Shown: positions 36,782-48,378 of the stretch, one piece after another
How positions within the stretch are numbered: the stretch's first letter is position 1
How the letters are laid out: the number at the start of each line of letters is the position of its first letter
Source of the DNA: Blepharisma stoltei ATCC 30299
Taxonomy: Eukaryota > Protista > Ciliophora
Length of the DNA stretch: 64,000 nucleotides
Direction of reading: 5' to 3'
Assembly: GCA_965603825.1 (NCBI GenBank)
Contig: CBFDEM010000036.1
Coordinates: 372,001 to 436,000 of the forward strand
Translations under genes and position numbers: made by a program
Notes under the pieces: model-generated
What the model was told of the DNA's origin: nothing
Database searches by the model: none
What the model saw: only the letters and a program-made list of their open reading frames with translations

Positions 36782-39700
36782 TTATATTAATGCATCTTCA
36801 TTTTGTTTTCAAACATTTGGCGTCTCTTGGTCATATTTGTAATCTACAGCTTCAAAGCTACTCTGCACGCCTTCCAAAGTTTTTCTTTGATAAGTTTCAT
36901 AAGTTTCCACCACGATTTCTAAAAAGTCTTCTAATTCGATAAGGCCATATGGATTTATTCTTTTCGGATCAATAATGCTTTTAGTTTCAATTTGCTGTAT
37001 GATCATTGCTGATATTGAATGCTTAGGATCAAACTTATCTTTTGCGCACTCAATGGCTCTTAGCGTAGGAAACATGTTTATTTCAGATGTATCAAGATAT
37101 CCTGACATTATCCCTATATTCGACGCCAACATAAAATCAAGACATTTCAAGTACATTACCAAGCTCTGCCTTGTGTAATTAGTTGCACCAATTTTATTCC
37201 CACAATTCAGGAATTTAATATACATAAGAGATCGTTTGTGTGTAGATGTGTTAAACAGCGAAGCTATAAAATCTCTAAATTTCTTCTCAGCTGCCACTTT
37301 GACTCCATATCTTTGAAAAATTTCATCATATGTAAGATCAGCCAGGCTGCTCAGTGATTCTTCAGTTTCTTCCTTTAATAATTGAATCCCGTTTTGGTAA
37401 ATCGTTGATATCATCCTGTTTATCATTTTTAAACCCATCGTTGAATATTTCTTAATCCTACTAGTCTTTTTCTTGAGGATAGTCTCTAAAAGTGAATTTG
37501 CAGGATTTATTTTTTTCTGTGCCACAATTTCTGCTTTGTGAAAATTAAATTCCATTATTTCAGTGCCCTTTTTCTTTGGTGGCAGAGTGTCTTTTTTATA
37601 TGGCACATGTGTAAGTTTTCTAGAAGTTTTTTTGAAAATTCGAGGGGAATCCGCTTCAAAGCTGTCACGTGCAAATGTAGCTGTATAATCAGACAAATCG
37701 ATTTTACTTTCTTCATGCACTGACTCGTCAGACGAGTCTTCATCATTTAAATCAACAGTTTTCATAGCATCTTTTTCATAAATTGCTTGAATATAGCCTT
37801 CCATTTTACCTTCTTCAATCCCAAAATCCTCACCTTCAGCAAAGCCCATAGATTTCCCTTTTTCAAGTCCAGCCTGGAACCCTTCTTTTCAAGAGTCCAC
37901 ATTTGCGTCTGCAGGTATTAGTTTCGCAATAGAGTGATTATCATTTAGATTAATCTGGCCAGCTTCAAGAGAGGTTCGATCTTTCAGCGATTTATTTCTC
38001 ATGAAAACTCCTGGAGAATCTTCATTAGTATTTTTTTGGTAAATAAGCTTGTTGAGCATTTTTTGTTTGGATTGGATTTGTTTTTTAATATCGTTGAGCA
38101 TGTCCATGTGCTTTTTAATTTCTTCTTTAACTGACTTGAGCTCTTGGCTGCTTGAATCTATTAAGATTTGAAACTCGGCAAAATTGCTTGGCTCTTCTCT
38201 AACTTCGGAGTTAGGAATTGTTTTGGACTTTTTTCTGTTGTTTTCTTTCAGTGAGCTGTGCTTATCTGAAGAATCTTTCAAATTGAGAGGTGACAAAAAT
38301 GAGTCATTTTGAGTCAATTCTTCAGGGGGTTTTCTATCAATTTTTTTTGCTTCGGAAGAGCCGATTGCTTCTGTAAGGATAATACTGATTTCTCCATTAG
38401 TTGCACTATAGAGATTATGAGGAGCTTCAATATCGCTCAAATCTTCATCCATTAGTTGAGAATCCTTATTTACTGGAGACCCTAATTCAACCATTTCTTT
38501 TATTAGTTTAGTATTTGTTTCGTCATATGCATTCTTGCTGTTTGAGTAATCACTTAAAAATCCTGTACTGCTGAAATTAGGATTACTAATTTTGTTGTGA
38601 GAGCTTCCAAAATATCTAGATTTCGTTATATTTACATTTTTATCTGCTGCGTCCATTTGTTCTGCATTAATTTCTTTTGTAACAGAATTATTTATATTCA
38701 ATTTAAGATTTGCTTTTATTTCGGGCTTATCTTCATTTTGATAATTAGTGCTATTTGTTTTTAATTCTTCCTTTGTTGACTCAATTTTATTTTTTTCATA
38801 ATCATTCTCAATAAAATTTTCTCTTATGATTGCAATTGATGAGCTTTCTTGCATCTTCTGCATATATTCTTCATTTATATTTTCATTAGCATGATTAACT
38901 ATGTGATTGATTTCAACCATATCAGTCTGTGTTCCTTTTTCGAGCACACTTTTAGATGATTTAGTGACAAATGTTTCATCTCTGTTCTTCAACTCCTCAC
39001 TATGGCTCCATTCAGGATTAGAGTCCATACGGTTTGGCTCAGGATTAGAGTCAGTGCCACTATGGCTTGGTTCAGGATTAGATTCAACACTTTGATCACT
39101 ATTGTTTACAAATGGAGAATCAGGTGGCAGCAAAAAACTAGAGTCTGGAGGAACTGTTTTATCAATTCTATCAATTTTTTTCTTCCACATAACAGTCGAA
39201 ATCACTTTTTCTAGTCTACTCCCTTTTTTATCTCGAACTTCTCTATTTGGTGTCATGGCATATTCTCTCAAAACCTTACTATAAGTTTGCTCTTGCTCAT
39301 GCATTCTTGCAGCATCTTTAAGTTTCACTCTCAGTACAATAATATCTTCTTTTAACTTCGTCTTACTTTCTTTTTTCTTTTTAATTTTCTTATTCAACTC
39401 TTCGATTTTTCCTTTGTATTCTTCAATGACTTCTCCATGAAGTTTCTTCACTTGTTGTAATTCATTTTTTGCCTTTTTATTAAGCTCAGTGATTTTTTCA
39501 TTTATTTTTGCCTCTTTTATTTTTGAAAATTCATCAAATCTTGCAAATAGATCTCTCAGTAGCTCTCCTCTTTCGGCGCAATGGACTGTAACTTGTCTTA
39601 CCAGCTCCCTTCCACATAGAACATAAATGGCTTCCAATGCTTGAATATCATCAGTATTTGAATACTTTCCAACCATAAAGCTGAATCATTTTCTCAAATG

Positions 39701-40246
39701 GTCTATTTCTTGCCTCCCGCTTGGAATCCCAGCAAAGCCAATTTCAATTGAATCATGAGCAGTTGGAGAAGAAACTGGGCTATTTTCAATTGACCCAAAC
39801 GACAATGTTCGATTTGATCTTGTCTTTTTAAGACTATGGATTTTTTCCAACGTAAAATCTACACAATTTTCTCTTTTGCAAACAGCTCTGGTTTTTGGGG
39901 AGATATAATATAAGTCATTTGTACTTGACTCTAATAGTTTTTTAAGATGATCAATATCTGTAGGTAAAGGTGGTAAAAGTGGAAAATTTGCAGGTTTTAA
40001 TCTATCTTTGAGATATGAAACATCGCGAGATTCTTTGTTATTTTGTCACTTTGTTTTTTCTTTGGCTTGCTCTTTTCTTAAAAGAGCTCTGATTTCTTCT
40101 GCACCCAAACTTTTATTTGAACGATGAGAAGAATATTTTTTGGAATACGCCTTAAAATTGCTGTTGCTAGGTTTCGTTGGGGAAACAACTTCGACTAGAT
40201 CAACTTTTTTACTTGATGAAAATTCACTAATAGTGCTTCGGTTCAT
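36782..40246 (-). CDS. Large coiled-coil protein with axonemal dynein light chain (p28/AXDND1-like) domain
   Basis: ELVRQVTVHCAERGELL motif; ORF pieces in one frame joined by TGA (40046, 39686, 37889, 36809); TAA 36782-36784. Confidence 0.7.
39000..39088 (-). repeat. Imperfect in-frame tandem repeat (three SNPE-containing units)
   Basis: tcaggattaga occurs three times on the + strand; encodes ESNPEPSHSGT DSNPEPNRM DSNPEWSHS. Confidence 0.7.
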
Positions 40247-40714
40247 GTGTTTATAAATATTATATTAATTCCTTGTAACTTATAAAAAAATTGTCTTAAG
40301 AAAAATTTTTCTATGAAGGAAAATCAATATTCTAGGCTATAATTTTCTGATATATATCACTTGCATAATATTTTCATGCCGAGATAAAACAAAAATTAAG
40401 CAAAATTATCATTTATCTTCAAGTTTATGATAGATAGCAAAGAGCCTACAAAGCAAATAATCCTCTTATTTGTTTTGGAATTCTTAAATTATTTTATCAT
40501 AAATGATTGGTAATTTACTAAATAATAGACCTACAAATTCATAAAGTTTTAAATTATCCATCGCAATATCAAAATAAAATAAGACTATTTTGAGGCAGAA
40601 TATAATAAGCAATGGCTGTAATTATAAATTGTTTATTGCTAACCCTATTCATATAAATTGAAATCAATAATTTTATCAAAAAGGCTTTATTATAATTATC
40701 TCAATATTCCTATA

Positions 40715-41545
40715 ATGATGCATCTTTGGTGACATATTTGGACTTCTATTATAGCTTTATCAACTATGAGCCAAGCTATTCAAAGAATGCCAACTATATT
40801 CTTTGGCCACGGAAGCCCGATGAATGCGATAGAAGAGAACTCTGCCACCCAAGGATGGAGGGACATTGTTTCTTCTTTTCCCAAGCCAACAGCTATTTTG
40901 AGTATTTCAGCACATTGATATGTCAATGGAGTTCGCGTGACAGCAATGAAATCTCCAGAAACAATTCATGATTTTGGAGGCTTCCCAAAGGCCCTGTTTG
41001 ATGCCCAATATCCAGCACCTGGAAACCCACGTCTGGCTGAGAGAATTAAAAATTTGCTTCAGCCATTGAACGTCACTCTAGACAATTCATGGGGATTAGA
41101 CCACGGAACATGGTCGGTTTTGATTAAAGCCTACCCAAATGCTGATATTCCAGTGCTTCAACTCAGCATTGATAAAAGACAACCTCCAAATTTTCATTAT
41201 GAGCTAGGGAGAAAACTAATTCAGCTGAGAGATGAAGGAGTTTTAATTATGGGCAGTGGGAATATTATTCATAACTTTGGTATGATAGATTGGGCTCCTG
41301 GTCCACCTCAGGAATGGGCAGTCAGATTCACTAATCGTGTAAAGGATGCACTAGCAAATTCACGATTTAGTGAATTAATCAATTACCTTGATATGGAACA
41401 GGGAATTGATGCAGCTCCAACACCAGATCATTGACTACCATTACTTTACATAATTGGATGCAAGAGAGAAGATGACACTATTTCGACAGCAAATGATATA
41501 ATTCAGCTTGGCTCTTTGTCCATGTTATGCGTAATCGTAAATTAA
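40715..41545 (+). CDS. 4,5-DOPA extradiol dioxygenase (YgiD/DODA, LigB superfamily) copy 1, intact, with hydrophobic N-terminal leader
   Basis: MP.IFFGHGSPMNA, SAHW(TGA 40916-40918), TIHDFGGFP, YPAPG.P.LA, WGLDHG.W, PVLQLSID, GSGN..HN, PTPDHW(TGA)LPL; alternative start ATG 40766. Confidence 0.9.
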
Positions 41546-42166
41546 AAATGGTCTTTTCTTTAATCTTATTTTATTTAATAAATAAATTAATAAATATTGC
41601 AATCTATTTCAATGCAATTCGCTAAATATTTAGGCTCTAAAAACTAGATGATTTTTAAATGATTCTTTCCGCTTAGGATTTATTGCCAATCAAAATTATG
41701 GATAATTCTTCCTAGCCTAATCAGAGTATTCCAAAGCGTTATAATTATTCTATTTTCTCTACTTTCTTTCAAAGACTTAGAAATTCCAATCTAAGGACAA
41801 GGAAATGTAGAGGAGACTTGAATTAGATCTGTAAATTCTATAAAGTCTGAAGTACCTTGGTATTTAAAGTTTGAAACCGACTCGAACTGAATTAATTTGC
41901 CCAGAATTTGCAGAGGATAAAAAGAAAGAATGATATCTAAAAATTTATTCTTTAATATTTAAGTTTAAAGTCTTAAGCTTTTAATAAAAGCTGAACTAAA
42001 CAGGAAAAAAATCAACCTATACAATTCTTCTTGGAGAAAATTTATAAAATAAAAAATTAGTTCTTTTTAGGTATAAAGAGAAAGGTCGCCATAAAATTTA
42101 AATATTAAGAGCTCAAATACAATTTTTATTTGAAAGTGCGATAAGTTCTTAAAACTTATAATATTT

Positions 42167-42990
42167 ATGTTTTTCTGTTGACATATTTGAATTGCTATTA
42201 TTGCTTTATCAACTATGAGCACAGCTATACAAAGAATGCCAGCTATTTTCTTCGGATATGGAAGTCCAATGAAGGCGATAGAAGAAAATATTTACACCCA
42301 GACTTGAAAAGATATGGTTTCTTCCATTCCCAAACCAACAGCTGTGCTAAGCATTTCGGGACATTGGTTTGTCACGGGAGTCCGTGTAACTGGAAATGAA
42401 AATCCTCCAACAATTCATGATTTTGGAGGCTTTCCAAAAGCTATTTTTGATGTTCAATACCCTGCCCCAGGAAATCCACGTCTGGCTGAGAGAATTAAAA
42501 ATTTGCTACAGCCCTTAAATGTGACCATAGACAGTTCATAGGGTTACGATCATGGAACTTGGGTAGTTTTGCGGAAAAATTATCTGCTGATATTCCAGTG
42601 CTTCAGCTCAGTATTGATAAATGACAACCTCCAAACTTTCACTATGAGCTTGGGGGAAAATTAACTCAGCTAAGGGACGAAGGCGTTTTGATTGTGGGAA
42701 GCGGAAACCTCACTCATAATTTCGATTTGGCAGATTGGTCTCAAGGTCAGCCTCAAAGATGGGCAGTAAGATTCGTAAATCGTGTAAAAGATGCACTAGC
42801 AAATTCACGGTTTAATGAGTTAATCAATTACCTTGATATGGAAAATGGAATTGATGCAGCCCCAACGCCAGATCATTATTTGCCACTGCTTTATGTTCTT
42901 GGATCAAAAAGAGAAGACGATACTATTACAACAACTAATGATGAAGTCGTTTACAGCTGCTTATCTATGTTATGTGTAATTGTAAGTTAA
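42167..42990 (+). pseudogene. YgiD/DODA copy 2, pseudogene
   Basis: GHG changed to GYG at a metal-ligand His, TGG to TAG at 42539-42541, 4-nt deletion near 42584 shifting the frame. Confidence 0.85.
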
Positions 42991-43622
42991 TGATGATCTT
43001 TTCTGAAAAATAATTATAAGCTCTATTAACATTTATTATCAATTTTATGTTTATTGTGAATTCATAAAAAATAATTTTGGATAATCTATGAAGCAATATA
43101 GATAATTCTTTTATATTAGAATTACTATATTTTTAGAAAACAAAGATTTGCAGATATATCCTCAATTTTTTGGTATTTATCCAATATCCTATATATTTAT
43201 TTATAAATTTAATGGTTAAGAATAAAACATATTTTTAAATAATTATTCAAATGAGGATTTATATATGCCATGCTAAACTTTTTGATATTTGAAAATAGAA
43301 CTGCCATATACTGAAATTCCATTTATAAAATTGGATTGGAGAAAAATTATATAATTATTATTTGTTTCAAATCATAAATTTGATATAAAGGATCACCAAA
43401 ATTTTATTCCATAACGTGCAAAATATATATAACTTCGAGAAAAATCATTTGTAGAGAAAAGAAGTGATAGCTTTAAATTTAAAATAAAATTTGTTGTTTT
43501 CAGTAGCTTTACAGCAAGAATACAAAATAATTTAGCCAGCAAATAAGAGAATAAATTATTCTAAATGATCGAAACTATTTAACTGCACATTTGGTTGTCT
43601 AAAATAGCATAAAAATATAATT

Positions 43623-44404
43623 ATGGGTCAAGCAAAGGAAAGAATGCCGGCTATTTTTTTGGACATGGAAGCCCTATGAATGCAATAGAAGAAAACAGTA
43701 GTACCCAAGGATGGAGGGACATTGCATCTGCTTTTCCTAAGCCGAAAGCAATTTTGTGTATTTCCGGACATTGATATGTCTATGGCACCCGTGTGACTGC
43801 TATGAGTTCTCCAAGAACAATTCATGATTTTTTTGGCTTTCCAAAAGCACTTTATGATGTTCAGTATCCTGCTCCTGGAAATCCGGAACTGGCTGAGAGA
43901 ATTAAAAATTTACTTCAGCCATTAAATGTCGACTTAGACAGTTCTTTTTGGGGGTTAGATCATGGCACTTGGGTAATTTTGCGGAAAATTTATCCAGATG
44001 CTGATATCCCAGTGCTTCAGCTAAGCATCTATAAAGAGCAACCACCTGAGTATCATTATGAGCTTGGCAAAAAATTAACTCAGCTAAGGGACGAAGGTGT
44101 CTTGATTTTAGGGAGTGGAAATCTCATCCATAATTTCGATTTGATAGATTTGTCTCAAGGCCCTCCTCTGGAGTGGGCGGTAAGATTCGTAAATCGTGTA
44201 AAAAATGCACTAGCAAATTCACGATTCAGCGAATTGATCAATTATCTTGACATGGAAAATGGAATTGATGCTGCCCCAGCGCCAGATCATTATTTGCCAC
44301 TGCTTTATGTTCTTGGCTCTAAAAGAGAAGATGATACTATTACCACAGCAAATGATGAGTTTGTCTATGGCTCTTTATCTATGCTCTGCATAATTGTAAG
44401 CTAA
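43623..44404 (+). CDS. YgiD/DODA copy 3, with a 1-nt frameshift in a T-run (assembly error or young pseudogene)
   Basis: All catalytic motifs present, but ATG 43623 is out of frame with the body because the T-run at 43654-43660 has 7 T where 8 are needed (IFFGHG). Confidence 0.7.
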
Positions 44405-44537
44405 TAATCTCTTTCAATTTACTAAATTTCAATATTTTATTATGATGATAAGACCAGAAATTAAATATTTTTGCTTTGAAAAATGATAATTGAATCAAAA
44501 TTACTTTATATCTCTTTTAAATTATAACCTAACTATA

Positions 44538-45602
44538 ATGAAATTTCTAATCCTACCATTAGCAATTCTTTTGTGCTATGCAGACGATCTTGCAGCTATT
44601 GGAAAATCTAAAGCTGATGAGCTAAGAGCGCTTTCCTACAAATCAGATGGACTTATAAAGCTAACTGCCTCAGGATTTCAGAAATTCGTAGTCGATTATC
44701 CTCGACCCTACACATTGGTAGTATTTCTTACATCAAAAAACCCAACCAAATTTAAATGTCAACTTTGTGATGAAATTGGTTCTATGCTTGACCAAGTCAT
44801 TTATTCCTACCGTGGTGCAAATGCAGATCTACCACTAAACACCCCAGGATCCAAGTCAAGGGCAGTGTTTTTCGCAATATTAGAATACAACTCAGAAAAC
44901 CAGCCAATTTTCCAAAAATTCAAATTCGCATCAGTCCCTAACCTGATTGTTACCTCTCCTAAGTCAATAAAAGATGAAGGGGACAGATATTCTTATTATC
45001 GTGACGAAGTTTGGGAATTTAGTAAAGATGGAGATGTCCATCCTCAAAAACTCCTTGATTTTATAAATGCAAGATCTGGAAGAAAAATTGAACTGAAGAC
45101 GTCTCCATTTGCAGCGATAATTTCTATGGGGATGTTTATGCTGATTTTTACGACTTTTGCGTTTGTTATTTATAAAATCAAGAGCTTTTTATTGATTCCT
45201 TATGTCTGGTACGCAGGGGGATTGACGATATATTTTATCTGCATTTCTGGATTTGTGTACGACATTATTCATGGAGTTCCTATGGTTGGAACTAATGGAA
45301 AAGGAGAAGCTGAGTTTATTCACTCAGGGCAAAGAAGCCAATATGGCGCTGAAGGGTTTATGATGGGGTTCTTAATGGTGATTGGAGGGCTTGGGTTTGT
45401 AGGTTTAAATATTTTGCATAAGCTCGAGAAGCCATCACACATTAGGCTAGTCGGTGGGCTATGCTTTTTAATTGTGATTTTTTCATTTTACAAAATCATA
45501 AAAGTTTATCAAGTTAAAGCTAGTTGGTATGGGCCTGGGCTATATCCTCCTGGACATTATATAAAAGGACCTCTCATAAATGACCAAGGATCTAGTTTTT
45601 AA
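44538..45602 (+). CDS. Oligosaccharyltransferase subunit OST3/OST6 (MAGT1/TUSC3-like)
   Basis: Signal peptide, thioredoxin-like PRPY..VV..CQLC, four TM segments, SG..YDII.G.P, SQYGAEG. Confidence 0.9.
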   Translation: MKFLILPLAILLCYADDLAAIGKSKADELRALSYKSDGLIKLTASGFQKFVVDYPRPYTLVVFLTSKNPTKFKCQLCDEIGSMLDQVIYSYRGANADLPLNTPGSKSRAVFFAILEYNSENQPIFQKFKFASVPNLIVTSPKSIKDEGDRYSYYRDEVWEFSKDGDVHPQKLLDFINARSGRKIELKTSPFAAIISMGMFMLIFTTFAFVIYKIKSFLLIPYVWYAGGLTIYFICISGFVYDIIHGVPMVGTNGKGEAEFIHSGQRSQYGAEGFMMGFLMVIGGLGFVGLNILHKLEKPSHIRLVGGLCFLIVIFSFYKIIKVYQVKASWYGPGLYPPGHYIKGPLINDQGSSF

Positions 45603-45644
45603 ACTAATGATTCATTGAATTTATAAATTAAGAAAATAACTCAG

Positions 45645-46526
45645 CTACATAGATAAGAATATCGAAGGAGATGGGGTTCCGCTTATGTTTTCTTGGTTGT
45701 TCTTAAAATACAGTTGCTTCCACATTTCTGCACCTTCTCTATAGCCTACAGGAAGTTCCCTAATAAAAATATTTTTCATATTTGATTCCATATCAGGGCT
45801 CATTCCGGGATTTCCAAAATCGATATTAGGACTAAATCCTACCTGAGGACTTCATCCAACTTGAGGACTAAACTGCATTTGTGAAATAATCGGAGTGTTA
45901 TTGATCGACATGCTATTTATCATTGATGATGCACTTTGCATTGTCTCATCTTCAGAATTCTCCATTTCTTTTCCTTGCTTTTGAGCTAGTAACATATCAA
46001 TTACATCAACTCCTGGCGGACATATTTTTTCAGTCTTTTTTACCATGCTTTTCCATCTATTTTTAACACTATTTTCTGTTCTCCCTGTTAAGCCTCTAGC
46101 AATTTCGCTCCATTTGTTCCCGATTAGCTGCTGCTGTTCCAGAATATACATATCTTCTTCAGGTGTTCATTCACCTTTTTTCAGGCTGGGGTCTACGTGA
46201 TTGTACCACCTTTCTCTGCATTGGCGACCATTTCGCACTTCATTTTTTTGATGCATCACTGCATTTAATTCTTTTGCGATAGCACTTCAGGCTTTTAAAC
46301 CGCGCGCTTCGACAATTCGATAGAGAACAATGTCTTCATTGATACTCCATCCGCTTGATTTGGAAGCATCTGTCCTTGATTCTGGTGGAGTGATAGGCTG
46401 GAGCAAGGGCTTGAACTCACAAGAATTCGAGCTTAATATGCAAGGGACATAGAAAATATCGCCTTCTACGTGGCATATTAAAGGAGTTGGTTGTGGATTT
46501 TGTTCAACTTTTCCGTCGATGTTCAT
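45645..46526 (-). CDS. R2R3 Myb transcription factor
   Basis: GWS..ED, KAW(TGA 46287), GRQCRERWYNH, GEW(TGA 46167)TPEED, GNKWSEIA..L.GRTENSVKNRW; TAG 45645-45647. Confidence 0.9.
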
Positions 46527-47198
46527 TATTTTATTATAAAGATTTAAATGAGAATTTCCTTAAATTGCCTTTGAATTTATCAGAAATTTATTAGTTGTAG
46601 ATAGAGTAATCAGAAATCCTAAAATAAAGGAAATTTAAATGAAAAGTCTTAAATAAAGATAGGTTTAGTTCTCATTGCTTAAATTTTTCAAAAATTAAAT
46701 GGGTTATTATGAGATAACAAAATGAGATTAATTAAGCTGTTTCAAAATATGAAAAAACTATAAAAGTTTAAAACAAATTCAGAAAGTGATTAAATTTTAA
46801 ATTGGTAATTAATATTCTTAGTTATCTCTAATAAAGGCTTTTTCATTAAATGCCAATGATTATATCATATTTTCATTTTAGCCCTAATACAATTTTTTGA
46901 CTCTATCAAGATACATTTGATACTTGATTAAAATTAATCCAATCTTTAAGCGATTGACTTTGAAACTTCATATAGCAAATCTCCCACTGATTTAAAGTTG
47001 TTGCCACCACTTTACATATGGTACTTTGCTCTTGATAGCCAAAATAAAGATGAACCAGCATTTCGATAATTATATAGCCTACAATCTATTAATAGTTTTT
47101 AAGCCAGATTAATAATATAGCATTATTTGAATTTCTTATACAAAATTATTAGGTTCTTTAAATAATTAATCATAATATAAGAAATAGCCTGCTGTTCA

Positions 47199-48368
47199 AT
47201 GGAAATTGCAAAAGCAAACTCAACAAACTCCAATGAAGAAGAAATATTAGCGAGAATTGAAAAACTAAAAGAAATCGATCAAGCGCTTACATCTGCGCTT
47301 CAAGTCCAATACCAAATTCAAGACAGATGTGACAATCTTGAGGAATATATAAATCAAAATATAGAAAGGACTCTAGTTTCTATGAAAGCATGCACAAACA
47401 GCATTATCAACGAAATGCTAAAAAAGAAAGAAAACTTGCTTAAGCTGTTAAAAAGCATCGAAGATAGCATTGAAAATGATGAAACAGTTGTGAAAATAAG
47501 AGATGAGAGGGACTGATACATCAAAAGAGTGGAAGATTTAGAATCACGATATAAAGAATACTCTCAAAAAGCTTCCGAGAAAAAAATCAAAGCAAATGAC
47601 CTCGAAATGAGCATGAGGGATTTAAACGCCAAACTGAAATCTTTGAATATTCAAAATATGAGAATCCAATTTAAATTGGACGGGATCAAAAAGAGAGTTC
47701 TACCTATTAGCTTGCAGACTTCTCCGAAGAAACAAGTCCAGATAATTGGGCATACAAGCTCAACACTTTCTGCACTTGTTTCACCTAAAGGGCATGAGCC
47801 AATTTCAATAAAAAATTTAAAAAACTCAATCCTCAAAACGAAAAACGAAATTAAAAAAATTCAAGAAGAAACCTATAAATCAAATCAGAGCAATAATATA
47901 TCTAGATTCTTTAAGAGTTGCTATGATACTATGCATGATGATTTGATAAAAAGGCTTCCGAATAAACTCTCCTTTATATATAAAATGCTAACTGACAATT
48001 CTACAGAAGCTTCTATGCAGCAAGGCTCGCTTAGCTTTAATGGTGATTATTTTCCAAATATGAAAATCAAAAATCAAATGAAAAGAATGGTATTTTATAA
48101 ATAGAAAGAGGAAGAGTTAGAGAATCTGAAATTCTCGTGAAAAGAATTCAAAGAAATTGACTCTCATAAAATTTTCATTATACTCTCTGTAAAAGATAAA
48201 GTATTAGAAGAGCTAATTAAAGCTATATCAGTAGATTTTCGTGCGAAAAAGCAAGAAGAAATAAGAAAAAGGTCCATAATAAAATCTGAGTTGGAATTTT
48301 GTAATTTTTACCTAGTAAAACTTCGAATTAGAAGAAATGAAAAAGGAGATATTGTTTCTTATAGATAA
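47199..48368 (+). CDS. Coiled-coil hypothetical protein
   Basis: TGA=W at 47514 and 48138; intron 48090-48104 removes an in-frame TAG; TAA 48366-48368. Confidence 0.7.
48090..48104 (+). other. 15-nt intron GTATTTTATAAATAG
   Basis: Consensus match; removal restores about 87 further codons. Confidence 0.85.
48301..48315 (+). other. Candidate in-frame 15-nt intron GTAATTTTTACCTAG
   Basis: Consensus match, no stop inside. Confidence 0.65.
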
Positions 48369-48378
48369 ATAATAAATT

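Noticed and set aside
40715-44404. Bacterial contamination as the source of the YgiD-like genes
   Set aside because: They use TGA for Trp, have host-like AT-rich spacers and lie between ordinary ciliate-type genes
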